NCBI GenBank assembly: GCA_964016885.1
Contig: OZ024740.1
Span: 364,002,001-364,066,000, forward strand
Direction of reading: 5' to 3'
Length of the DNA: 64,000 nucleotides
DNA from: Eledone cirrhosa
Taxonomy: Eukaryota
Part shown: positions 36,601-50,600 of the stretch, one piece after another
How positions within the stretch are numbered: position 1 is the stretch's first letter
Layout of the letters: each line of letters opens with the position of its first letter
Translations under genes and position numbers: made by a program
The notes under the pieces: generated by a model
The model's input: the letters and a program-made list of their open reading frames with translations, nothing else
Database searches by the model: none
Told to the model about the DNA's origin: nothing

Positions 36601-39600
36601 GGCCTTCTACAAGGTTGTATCTCATAGGAGGCTTCTTAGCTGTTTTAATGATTGGGACCCTAGTCCTGCTTAAGACTATAGCCAATAAAAACCTTATGGA
36701 TATTGATTGGAAAGTATTCCAATTTTCAATTATATTAAGTTGAAGAAAAACGTGTTTGAAAAAGAATTTTCTCCAGCAAAGTAGCTGAATATATCCCAGT
36801 TAACATATCTAAATCAGTCCAGTTTCCTTTTTTGTTTTTCTCAGATGAATCACTATTCAAAATCAGGCATTCTATAAACATGTTTGATATTTTATTTTTA
36901 GATGAATGTGACTTTGAAGAGGTTGATATATGTGGTTTTGAACAAGGTACAACAGATAAATTCAACTGGACAAGAGGCAATTACAGAACAGCCCAGCGTC
37001 ATGGACCCACAATTGATCACACATACAAATCAATTTTTGGTAATTATCCCAGTTGTTTTTTTTCTGTACGCTTTATTTTTGAAATATGAAGCTTTTATTG
37101 CCTGCTTATTGATCCCTTAAACCTTTCATTGTCATATATCTAATGAAAGACTGTCTATTTGGAAAATAATAGAGAATTTGGAGGGATTTTGTAATATAAC
37201 TTTCTCATTATTAAACTGGTGTTAGGAACATAAGCTGCATTGCCAAACTGATGGAATCCTGTTTCAGAGAAACATTCTGGAACTTCTAGAACTCTCACAG
37301 CCTTATCCAGCCCTCACAATTTGGATTTATCCCTAACTCCAGCTGCTGTGATCAACTTATGGAGTTTCTTGACGGCGTCACCCGGATCACTGATGGTGGC
37401 TCATGGGTGGATGTTACTTATCTTGACTTTGCTAAAGCTTTTAATTCTGTGCCACATAAAAGACTTATGGCAAAATTCTCTGCAATGGATGTGAGAGATA
37501 ATCTTTATAATCAGTTGAAGTCTTTAATTCTCAGTTAAAAAGTAGTAGTCACGGTTTTAGGACAGCATTCTTCACCCTATGAGATGTTATCTGGTGTACC
37601 GCAGGGATCTGTTCTTGGCCCCCTTTTGTTTGTTGCATGTATCAATGACATAGATACCAACTTAAAGAATGCCGCAGATTACATCAAGCTGTACCTTGAG
37701 ATAAAAAGGACAGATCCTGAACACTATTGATCTTTCCTGCAATCAGACCTGGACACAATGTAACAATGGGTCATGGACTGGTAACTGAAGCTGGCTGTGG
37801 ACAAGTGTACCACCATGCATTTTGGGAGGAAAACCCCAGTATCTACATACTCCCTCCACAACACCAATCTCAAGAAGTCTTCTTGTGAACATGACCTGGG
37901 CATTACTGTCAGCAGCGATTTGCATTGAACAAAGCACATCTCTAACATTGTCAAGAAGACTGAGGGTGTCTTGGCATCACTTAGCAAGACCTTTGTTAGC
38001 CGTTCTCCAGCTATCTATTTAAAGCTGTATATAGCTATGGTGTGGCTATACTTAGAATTTGTATCACCAGTCTGGAACCCCTATCTTGCTCAGAATATTG
38101 ACCTTCTGGAGACTGTTCAGAGACCTGCAACCAAGCAAATACCCCCCATCAGGCATCTACCATACTCTGAACCCCTTGCTTCCCTTGGCAAGGATACATT
38201 GAAGTTCTGATGTCTGGCAACTGAATTGGTAAACACCCACAAAATTATTAATCATCTTGCCAACCCTGGGCATCTTTTTGAATTCCTTGTGTCTAACACC
38301 CATGGGCATACCTACAATGTCAAAAAACAGCACAGCTCCCATGACTTTCGGAAACAGTTTTTCATGCTCAGAGTTGCTGAAGCATGGAACAAAATACCTG
38401 CATCAGTTGTTAGCTGCCAAGACACTGCTTTAACCCTTTCATTATTATATTTCTAATGAAATATTTAGTATTTTAATCAATTAGAAAATAATTTTTGATG
38501 GTTTTACTAAAATTATTGTTTCACTAGGAAGGAATTTGTAGTGTAAAAAAGGTTCTTAAATGAAAATAGTGTTGGAAGGTTTTCATTTAAATAACTCTTT
38601 AAAATTAGTGAGTTGTTTAATCAAGACAGAGATAGTTTTGGGTGTATTAGTATCAAATAAATTAATCACAAAAATATTCTCATTCATAAAACCAACTACC
38701 ATATATACTCAAGTATAAGCAAATACTAATATAAGCCATCCTCATTATTTTATGTCTGAGAAATGGGCAAAAATCTAAACCTTATTTACATCGAATTTGA
38801 AGTTAGTGAAAATTGTTAAAATATTAACCTCAAATATAAGACAAACCTCCTTCTACCATCGATTCTTTAGCCATATATTTCTTGACTTATATTTGAGTAA
38901 ATCCGTTAAATCTTTCAGAATGAAGACAATTGTATTATATAATCTCCTAAACGATTTCGTTTCTTGGTCAATTTTCTGTTTCTTTTTCCACCAATGTTAT
39001 TTTTCTCATCATCAGGCCATTATATGTATCTGAATATGAAAGACCATGCAAAGGATGATCATGCTCATTTGTATACTCCACAATATCCAGTAACACAAAC
39101 AGAGAACTGCTTGTCATTTTGGTACTACATGTATGGAACATTTGCAGATAAACTAAATGTCTATTTGTACCAAAATAATAAAATAACAAGTAAACTTTGG
39201 TTTGTCCAGGAAAATCAAGGACCATTTTGGCGTTTAGCTACAGTTTCAATTAATTCCCAGACACCATTTCAGGTAAGTAACATTTTAACACTTTCATGAC
39301 CATATTTCTATTAAGTGAGATGTGTTGTGAGTGGCAACATAACTTTTCATCAAACACCTTTTCATGGTACAGAGGATCGGTACAAATACTGAAGTATTTA
39401 CTCCAACACTCTAATGATTCTGATCGTTCATGACCATGCTTTTTTAACTGGCTGATAGATATCTCCCAGCTCTACTTTGTAAATACAGTTCACTTTGAAT
39501 ACCAGTCCATCTAGCAGTAAACAGTTATTGTTTAACCCTAGGTCAGCATTCATCAAGCAGACATGATCATAGGCATTACAACCATGATCACCCAACTTTT

Positions 39601-41631
39601 AGCAGTATTTATCACTACATTACCTTATGTGTCCTTTCCATATTTCCTATTTTGAATAATTATAGAAGAATTTTGAGCAATTTTCTAAAATTATTAATTA
39701 TTATTTCATTAGTGAGATAGCAACTTAACATATGGTTCTTGTGTAAAATGATGCTGGAAGATTGTAATTTAATAGGAACCTTTTAAAATGGAAGGATTCT
39801 TTTTTATATAACCACAGCCAGTTTTGACCGAGTTGGTATCAAAAAGGTTAAATCACTTAATTGAAGCTCATTAGTTGAATGGTATGTTACTAAACCATTA
39901 GCAAATATCCCCACCATCTTTAAAAGGCATACTTACATCATCGTTTTAAGTCCGCTTTCAATGCAACAGGGAAATACATGTACCCACTATTCATACCCTG
40001 ATGCTGAGGTTGCTGTTACAGAATCACAACTTAAAATACTCACAGAAAAACTAATTATAAATTTATTATACAGAAACATATTGTATATGGGTTCATATAT
40101 GCCTTTATTCCTTGGTCTTTCTCTACTGTAACTTTATTCCAGAGGGGTTGCTTGGCATTTCTTCATCCAATAATCATGATCTGTACACATCACATGTCTA
40201 TACCAGTGTAGTCTTCATCTTGCACACAATATTTAATTCCTCTTATGACCAGTTTTTCACTCAACTTCTCCACGCATCATCTTTCATGCATATTACGCAT
40301 CCATTGGAGCATGCTTGATTCATTTCTGTACAGTCATCACATATCTTCATTCACCACCCACATTTCACTATCATGTAGCAATGTGCTTCACACACAAGCA
40401 TCATACAATCCCCCCTTTTGTTCAGAGAGAAAATATCTTAGTTGTCAACAGTGGCAGTAGCTCCTTGTGTAATGTAATACAATTAATGTGACATTTTATT
40501 TTCTATATACATTGCAGGTGTTATTTGAGGGTATCCGTGGCCACAATAGCTATGTTACTATTGCTTTGGATGATGTTAAAGTTTCAAGAATAGCCTGCAA
40601 CCCTTTGGCATCCTGTAATTTTGAAGACGGTTACTGTGGTTGGTTTAATAATCATCTAACTATTGGCCACCATTTGAATTGGGTCATCAGAACAGGACAC
40701 TACAGAACTCAAACAACACCAAGATTCGATCATACCATTGGAGATTATTCAGGTATTTTCAGACATATTTCAATGAAAAATATTATTTGTATTATAACAT
40801 TGTACTTGATAACAAAAATTGTTTAACATTATATAGTTCCTTAACATCTCATAGTGATTTAGCACAAAATATCTAAAAATGGGTTTGTAGTATCTTTATT
40901 AGCAGACAGATCATTATAAAAATTTCTAGTATTAGAATAAAGACTTCTCTTATTCTTTGCCCACTTATTCCTGAGAGGGTCGTGAGGGCAGAGTCCTCAA
41001 ACACTCCTTTCAGCAGGTCCTGTCAGAAGCAACCATCTTCAACTGATCCGGCTGGAGCCCCGAGCAAGACCAGCCAAGCTCATGGACATTATCCAACCAT
41101 TTTGCTTGGGGTCTACCCCTGGGTCTCCTGCTGGCTGGTTTTGCCCATAAAATCTGCCCAGTGATTCTTTCCTGAGACATTCTAAGCCCATGTCCATAGT
41201 ATCAGAGCTGTAATCTCTCAATTTGGAGAAATAGCAGCTCTACCTGGAGTGATTTTTATTCTTAATATGATGTGGTCATCGTGTTGTTTTGTACTTTTCA
41301 AGAATGTCTTGTTAATGTGGTTTGATGTTGCACAGTACATTGAGTTAATAAACAATAGTGTTTAACAATGTAGAGTGGATAATAATTTGGTTTGCTTGCT
41401 CATATGTCATCAGCAGATATTTAGTTGTTTCTGAAGAGAACATTTTATTGCTTCAGTTTATATAGATGAGTAAAGATGTTGAGTAAAGATACTAAATGGT
41501 CTGGGAGTGTCAGCTGTGATAGATTTATCCATGGGAATAGTTATGTATCAATAGATTAATACCATTAAGCCAGGGGGTGGGGATGACAAGCTAAACAAAA
41601 GCACCTAGAGAAGCTCCTTTGGTCTTAGAGT

Positions 41632-41672
<41 letters not shown>

Positions 41673-44600
41673 TTTACGTCCGTTCTTCCACGCTAGCATG
41701 GGTTAGACGGGTTGTCCTGTTGTGAGCAGTGTCCAGTCGGCTGACCTTGTCTTGCTCATACAGGAACTGATTCTGGCTTGATTTCTACAGCTGGATGCCC
41801 TTCCTAACACCAAGCTCATTTACAGTGAGTACTGGGTGCTTTTTTCCGTGGCGCCTCCACTTTACAGTGTGGGCTCTTTTGCCGGGACACCTCCAGGACC
41901 ACTTTGCAGTGGGAGAGTGTGGGGGCATATATGCTTCAGCTTGTTCCTGTGAGGGGGGGGGGTCTTCTGTGTTACTGCATGACGCCAGAGGTCCCGGTCA
42001 TTGCTTTTGAGAGGTGCAATTGGGTAAGGTCGGCCTTTATCACCTCATCCCAGGTCTTCTTGTGTCTCCCCACTCCGTGGCTTCCATCGACTTCTAGTGC
42101 TCTGCACCTTTTTATGCAGCTGTCATCCTTCATATGCATCACATGTCCATACCAATGCAACCTCCTCTCCTGCACACAGCATTTGATTCCGCTGATACTC
42201 AGTCTCTCTCTCAATTTGTTTATGCTTTGCCGTTCATGTATATTACTATTACACATCCATCGGAGCATGCAAGCTTCGTTTCTTTCTAATCTGCGCAAGT
42301 CTTCTACAGACAGCACCCAGGTTTCACTTCCATGTAACATTCTGTTCATATACATGCATCATACAGTCTGCCTTTCATTTTGAGGGAAAAGCCATTTGCA
42401 GCTAGCACTGGCTGTAGCTGCCTGAACTTCTTCCATCCCGTCTTTACCCTATTTATTGAACTTTCCAAACACCCACCTCCGTTGCTAATTCGGTCATCTA
42501 GGTAGCAGAAGCTGTCTACTGTTTCTACAGAGCCCCCCAGAGTTTGGTGGTGCTTGTTTCCTGTGGTTGTTTGCTGCTTGCTGTCCCTGTGCAGCTGCTA
42601 CATATGAAGTCTACATTCTTAGTTAAACTTCCTGAGATACCGCTACATATCTTGTGTACCCATTGTTAGCATTTGGGACAGAGGATGGAGTTCCTACCTA
42701 CAGCTTTCCTACATACTGAGCTAGGCTATTTCCCTGAGAGGATCTGGGTACTGTTTTCTCGACTACTTACAAGGACCTTAGTCTTTGTCAGGTTGACTTT
42801 GAGACCCTTTCTTTCTAGTCCCTGCTTCCAAGTTTGGAATTTCTTCTTTAGTTCCACCATGGATTCAGCTATAAGTGCGAGATCATCCGCATACAGGAGT
42901 TCCCATGGGCATCTGGTCTTAAACTCCTCCATTATTGCCTGCAAAACTATAATGAACAGGAGAGGGCTAAGAACAGAGCCCTGGTGGACACCGACCTGTA
43001 TGCTAAATTCCTCATTGCTGACTGCTCCTCTATACTTGGCTTGTGAAGCTTTCACAAGCCATTCATCTACTCCTAATTTTCTAAGATACCACCAGATCGC
43101 ACAGGGGACTCTGTTGAAGGCTTTTTCCAGATCGATGAATGTCAGGTAGAGTGGCTTACTTTTAGCTAGGTAATTTTCCTGTAACTGCCTCACAAACAAG
43201 ATTGTTCAGTGGTACCCTTTTTTGGTACAAACCCAAATTGCATCTCATCTAGTTTCACTCATTCCCTAATCAACTGTGCTATAACTCTTTCCGTTACTTT
43301 CATGACCTGGTCCATCAGCTTTATACCTCTATAGTTTCCTCTATCTAGTGCATCACCTTTACCTTTGTAGCAGTTGACAATGATGCTGCTGCACCAATCC
43401 TTTGGTTTGATACCCTCTAATATTACCTGGTTAACAATTCGTGTGGTTATGGTGTGACCTACCAACCCAGATGCCTTCAGCATCTCGGCAGCTCTACCCG
43501 ATGGACCGGTTGCCTTCTCCATCTTCATATCGTTGATTGCCTTATTTACTACGCTATTGCTGACTTGTACTGCTGGCCCCACTATAGGGTCCACTTGGGG
43601 TAGGGTCTCTCTTTCCCATGCATTCTCCACATTTAGTAATCTTTCATAATGGCTCTTCCACGCAGCTTTCTTCTCAGCACTTGTGAGGGAAGCTCACCAT
43701 TATCATTCCGGATACATTTCTCTCCAATTACATCACAATTCTCTCTGACACACTGCCTCACAATCTTGAACACCTCCTGTTTCTGGTCCTCACGTTGAAA
43801 AACATGCTTGAATTTTCTATCCTCTGCTTCCCTTCTAGTTAAGTACACTTGTCGCCTAGCTTCCCTCCTGGTCTCTATGTAATGTACCCTGCTACCCCCG
43901 TTCTTCCATTCTTTCCATGCCTGTCTCTTAGTCTTAACTGCCTCATCTACCTTATTGTTCCACCACCAAGTCACTCTTCTCCTCCCTGTGGACTTGCTCC
44001 AACCACAGATCTCGTCTGTCGCCTTTAGTAAGTTATTTTTTTAGGAACTCTCAGTGCTCTTCTACATTGAATGTCTCTATCTGTTCTTCTTTACTGTCAT
44101 AGGCGTCAAGTAAAATATCTTTAAAGTTGTTACTGCTGAGGGGTCTTTCAGCTTCCAGATCTTTCTTCTCCAGGTTGCCTTCTGTTTCCAAGTTCATCTA
44201 GTTTTGACAGCGAGGTCACTGACAACTAAGTTATGTTGGGAGGTACATTCCTCACCAGGGAAGGCTTTTGTGTTTACAACTGTCCATCTATCACACCCTC
44301 TGATGAGGATAAAATCTATCTGATTAGAATGCTCCCCTGATTTATAGGTGATCAGATGGTTGTCGGGATTTTTGAAGTTTGTGTTACATATTGACATGTC
44401 ATTGGCGTCGCAGAATTCCATAAGCCTGAAGCCTTCTTCATGTCTTGTGCCAAACCCGTGGCCTCCATGGACTCTATAGAAGCCGTCACGGTGTTAACCA
44501 ATGTGTCTGTTGAAATCTCCTGCAATGATTAGGAAGTCGTTGTCACTTGTTAGGGCAGTAATGTGCATTAGGGACTCGTAAAACCTATCCTTAAGTTCGT

Positions 44601-47600
44601 CTGGCAACCCCGATTGGGGTGCGTAAGCTGATATTATTGTGGTAATTGTTTTATTCAGGACTAGTCTGAGTTTAATGATTCTTGCATTCACCCTGTTCAC
44701 TGTGATTATCTTATCAACCCATTTGTCAGCTAATAGTATACCTACCCCTCCCATCCTGTTGTCATTTCCCACTCAGAAAAATTTGTAGCATTGACTTTTG
44801 CCTACTAGGACTCTAGTGGACTCTCCTCTCCATCTAGTCTCTTGCACACAGCATACATCAATTTTCTTTCGCTCTAGCATCTCTACAGTTTCTCCTGCTC
44901 TTCCTTTCATTGTGCTTACATTGATGGTTCCAAATCGGAGGTTTGGGCATTTGCCATCACTCGTACGATGGGGTGAATTTTTGCAGGGGTGTGTGTATGC
45001 CACCTGTCTCTGGATTGAAGCTTTGCATGGGTGTTTGGTAGCTTGTAAATTCATATTCATTTATTAATTTTGGGTTGTTCCATTTATCCCCAGCTCATCC
45101 ATAGATATCAGTGAGGAGTTATTATTATTTAGTGCAGGGCTAGAAGGACAGTAGTAGTAGTAATGGCAGAGTTTGTTGGGGCTGGTAAGGGCTAGGAGGG
45201 GAGTAGTAGTAATAGTGTTTGTTGGGCTGATAATGGGTTGAGGTTTGATTGGTTGAATAGCCTATGGTGGTGAGTGGGGGTTGGAGGGAAATTGTGAGAG
45301 AGATAGGCAGCCAGAACACGTATATCATCATCATAGGAGATTTAGGAATAAACAGGAATAAAATAAACCGGAATGAATGAATGAGAGAGAGAGAACGAAA
45401 TGTGATGGCTTAAGGGAGAGGTCTAATAGCCAACGTAGTGTAGTTCAAAAAATTGATAACAGTAAAAATGACCAGTGTGAACAGGGCATTTTGAAATTGA
45501 GAAAGAAGGAAGGCAGATATCTACGAGAAAGGAGTATATTTATTATTATTAGCCTCATCCCATCTGAGGGCCAGGGTTATGGACTCATGGACCAGCACTT
45601 TCCATCTTTTCTTGGCTCTTGCCATTGCTGTACATTCCACCAAACTCCTTCTTGTCCATTCTTTAATATCATCTGTCCATCCCCTGGCCCTTTTCTCTTG
45701 TACTTGTCCCTCAAGAGTGTGGACAGTCAAGTTTGGGCCCTGATGACATGACCAAAATACTCACATTTCCTTTTCCTTACTGTTTCAACCAACGGTCAGT
45801 TGGCACCAATCTCTTCCAGGACAGATTCATTTATTCTGTGAGCTGTCCAGTTAATTCTAAGTGCACCTATATTTGAATTAATTAAGGAAGAAATTGGAGG
45901 TATTTTCTATAATTACCTATTTTTTATTAAGATAATATTTGTAACACAATAAAAAGTTTGTATATTAACTCATGTTCAAGTAAAATGAATGGTTTTATTT
46001 CATAGAACTAAGAGCAATCTCAGGTAGTTTGGTATCAAAAGGATTAAACTGGAACATTTCTGTCAATTCTTTCTATTTTTTCTATTCTTTCTATTCTTTC
46101 TATTTTTTTCTGTCATCCTTACTTTTATTCAGGTTCCTACCTCCTTATTGAATCCAGCAACAGGAATGCAGGAAAAACAGCTTATCTTGAGTCTCAGATG
46201 GTTCCTTATGAAGAATCTCCACGGTTCTGCTTCCATTTCTGGTATTACATGTACGGTGCTGATGTAGGCTCCCTCATAGTTTACATCCATTATCATGGAC
46301 GGTCATTGAATTCTATATGGATGAAAAATAGCAGTGCCAATCATCTTTGGAATGAAAAATATGTTTCTGTTGGCAATCCATATCTAAACTTTGAAGTATG
46401 TAATTGACTTAATTCTCTTTTATTTCCTCTTCTAGAATTATTCTTTCACTCTCTTTTTGTTTCACTCTGTCACATAATATGTTCCCTATTGTGTGTATCC
46501 AGTTTAGAAGAGGTATACTCTATCCATTAGAATAGATACAAAACTCTATAAGATGTGCACAATGTAAATCTTGGGTACACCAGAGATGTAGTGGGATAAT
46601 AGGAAGATTAACAGGAAGGAAGACTTCATATGTAGAACGTGCTCAGGGGTAATCGAAGGGAGAGTGCCAGTGATATTAACCTTTTCCAGTCACAGAAAGG
46701 GACCATAGAAGTGGTTGATAGCTTCTGCTATCTAGGTGACTTAATTAGCAGTGGAGGAGAGTGCTGTGGGAGCATACTAGCTACAATAAGGATAGAATGG
46801 AAGAAGTTTAGAGAGCTACTCATACTGTTAACAACAAAAGGTTTCTCCTTATGTACAAGAGGACGACTGTATGATGCCTTTGTGTGAAGTGCAATGCTGC
46901 ATGGTAGTGAAACATGGGCTGTGACTGCAGAGGAGATGCAGAGACTGAAGAGAAATGAAGCAACCATGCTTCATTGGATGTGCAATATAAGTGTGAGAGA
47001 AAGGCAGAGTTTGGATGAGCTGGGTTTAAGAAGAATCCGAGATGGTATGCAGGAGAGAAGATTGCATTGGTTTAGATGTGCATGGACAATGACTGATGGG
47101 TGAAGAAATGCCGGGAAATCCCAGTGGAAGGAAGCCACAGTGAAGGTAAACCAAGAAAGATCTGGGCAGAAGTGGTGAGAGCTGATCTCAAATCACTGAG
47201 ACTCACAGAGGAGATGACAAAGGAATGTGATACAAGAAAAATCGATGTAAAACAATTATGATGATGATTTGTCCTTGTGTGTATCTAGTTTAGAATAGAT
47301 AACACTGTGTTCCTGTGTCTATCTGATTATGAATAGATAATTCTGTATACCAGTATGAATCTGGTTTAAATTAACTAACATGATATCTTTGTATGTATCC
47401 AGTCTAGAATAGGCCCACTCTATCTATGTGTGTATCTGGTTTAGAATAGATACACCATATCTCTGTGTCTATTCAGTTTAGATTATGAACACTCTATTCC
47501 TATGTGTGTCTGGGTTATAAGAGGTACACCATGTACCTATATGGTTCTGGTTTAGAATAATTACACCATATTCCTCTGTGTATTCAGTTTAGAATAGATA

Positions 47601-50600
47601 CATAGTATCCATGTTTCCAGTTTATAATAGGCACACTGTATCCATGTGTGTATCTAGTTTAGAATATGTACACCATATCCTTGTTTAGTATAAGTAAAAT
47701 GTGTCCCTATATGTATGTGATTTAGAATAGGTATGCTGAAATCCTATATATGTCCAGTTTAGAATAAGTACACTCTATCCCTGTGTATCTGGTTTAGAAT
47801 AGCTACAGCATATCCCTGTGTATCTGGTTTACAATAGCTACGCTGTATCCCTATGTGTATCTGGTATAGAATAGTTACACCATAACCCTGGGTATCTGCT
47901 TTAGAATAGGTACACTGTGCCCCTGCATGTATTTTGTCTAGAATAAGTACACCATATCCCAATAAGAGGTGACTAAAAGGGTTGGCACCAGGGATGCCAT
48001 CTGGCTGCCCATAATAATCTTATGTAAACACCTTTATTAAGTTGTTTCAAACACCAGCTTAATAATGACAAAGTTAAATAAATCATTCCAAATTCTTGAT
48101 TATTTTCAATGATTTTTGAAAATTATGGGTAACGCTTGTCATTAGAAATATGGTAATGAAAGGGCCAAGGAAATGAATGCTCTTGAAGAAACCTTTAGGA
48201 AGCAAAAATAAAACGAGTTTTTCAGAAACATTGTATAATCACTGATTAAATTATATTGATCTCTATTTCAGATTGTTATTGGGAGTATTGCTGGTCGTAA
48301 TGGAAGTATAGCTGTTGATGATGTTGTATTAATGAAGGGTGTTTGCCCCAACGGTAAGTTTTTAATAGATTATCACGGTTGAAATTCATGTTCACATACA
48401 TGCATTATACATTTAATAAGAGTAGTCTTTCAATCTAAAGCATATTCATGGGCACTTAACATCTAATAGAGTCATAGGGACACCATCATGAATAAGTTAT
48501 CTGGAGCATTTAAATCTGATGGAGCCCATTACTCTCCAAGCCTAAACACAATCAATTTCTTCGGGAGAGAGAGGGGGAGGAAGAATGGATCATAGGATGA
48601 AAAGCAGCATTGACCACAACAGGATTTGAACTTAGTGCTTAGAGAACTGGAACAAATACTCCAAAGCACTCTTTCCAATGCCACTTTGTTGCCTTCTAAT
48701 GTATTTAATAGAATTGTTTCAATTAAACCTGAATTGTAGGTAGAATTATCATAGACAGGAATGGTGGTCGAAACGGCAGCATATTCTATGAAACATATTC
48801 AGTTATATATTCACAAATAAAAAGAGAAAAAGGAGGTAAAGGGGAGATAAATAGATAAAAAGAGAAGAGGAATGAGGAGAGAGCAAACTCTACACCCTTG
48901 GCTTGATGGCATATATATACACATATGTATATGTGTACATATATATATATATATTGTTTTTCATATATATATGTGTGTGTGTGTGTGTATAACTATATAT
49001 ATTTGTTTTCTATACTCTATATTTTTGCATATATCCATATTTGTAAGTACAAAACCTATGTATGACAACGAATAGCCTACCACTACTCTTTACTTCAAAA
49101 ACATTTACCATACTTATAATTAGATTTTGTCGACTTGGAGAAAGCCTTCGACAGAGTCCTCCGTTCCATTATCTGGTGGGCTCTTAGAAAACTAGGTGTT
49201 GACGAATGGCTTGTGAGAGCTATACAAGCCATGTATAAAGAAACAGTCAGCAAAGTTAGAATTAACAACGAATATAGTGAAGAGTTTAGCGTAAAAGTTG
49301 GTGTCCATCAGGGCTCTGTTCTCAGCCCCCTACTATTTATTATTGCCCTTCAGGCTATAACAGAGGATTTCAAGACCGGCTGCCCATGGGAACTCCTATA
49401 CGCAGATGACCTAACACTCATAGCTGAATCAATGGCCGAGCTAGAGAAGAAATTCCAAGCATGGAAGCACGGCCTAGAATCAAAAGCCTTAAAATTAACC
49501 TGGCTAAGACTAAAGTTCTAGTTTGTAAGAAAGAAAATAAGGCGGCGGTCCCTTCCAGGAAGTGGCCATGCTCAGTGTGTAGGAAAGGCGTAGGTAGAAA
49601 CTCCATTTTGTGTCCCAAATGCAAAGTATGCATAAAAGATGTAGTGGGATCACAGGTAAGCTAACTAAGAACATAGATTTTACATGTGGCCGGTGCTCTG
49701 GTGCAATAAGTAGCAGCAAGTGCCCACAAAATACTAGCTCTTTCAACTGCGCAGAGGGTCCTATAGAAATAGTGGACAGCTTCCGTTACCTGGGTGATAA
49801 AATCAGCAGTGGGGGAGGGTGCTCTGAAAGTACAGTAGCTAGAGTCAGAACTGGATGGAAAAAGTTCAGAGAGCTTATACCACTATTAGCTGCTAAAGGG
49901 TTGTCCCTATAAATGAAAGGCAGGTTGTACGATGCCTGCATACGAACAGCAATGTTGCATGGCAGTGAGACCTGGGCATTGTGTGCAGAGGATATACGCA
50001 GACTAGAGAGGAACGAAGCTTGCATGCTCCGCTGGATGTGTAATAGTAATATACGTGAACGGCAAAGCATAAACGAACTAAGGAAAAAATTAGAAATAAG
50101 AGGGATCAGATGTTGTTTACTCAAGAGAAGGCTACGTTGGTGTGGTCATGTGATGCGCATGAAAGACGATAGCTGTATAACAAAGTGCAGGGCAATAAAG
50201 ATAGACGGTAGTCACGGAGTAGGCAGACCCAGAAAAACCTGGGACGAGCTGATAAATTCCGACCTCACACACTTACACCTCTCCAAGACAATGTCACTGG
50301 ACCGAGACCTTTGGCGGTACTCAGTAATAGAGAAGACCTGCCTTACCTAAATACAAAGTAAAACCTACTACAGTCAATAGGCATCTCTAACAAAATACAC
50401 CCCCGTCCCACCACCCCCACCCCATCCACACCGCCCCTTTCAATGTAAAGTTATGTTGGTCCCACAATATCCAGGCCAAAACAAATGAGATCGTGTAGGT
50501 GTCACGACAAAAAAACACACAGTCCACGCTGTAATGTGGCCGTGTAGGCAACACGGTAAAAACCTCCCAGCCCCACACTGTAAATGTGGTTGGTGTTAGG

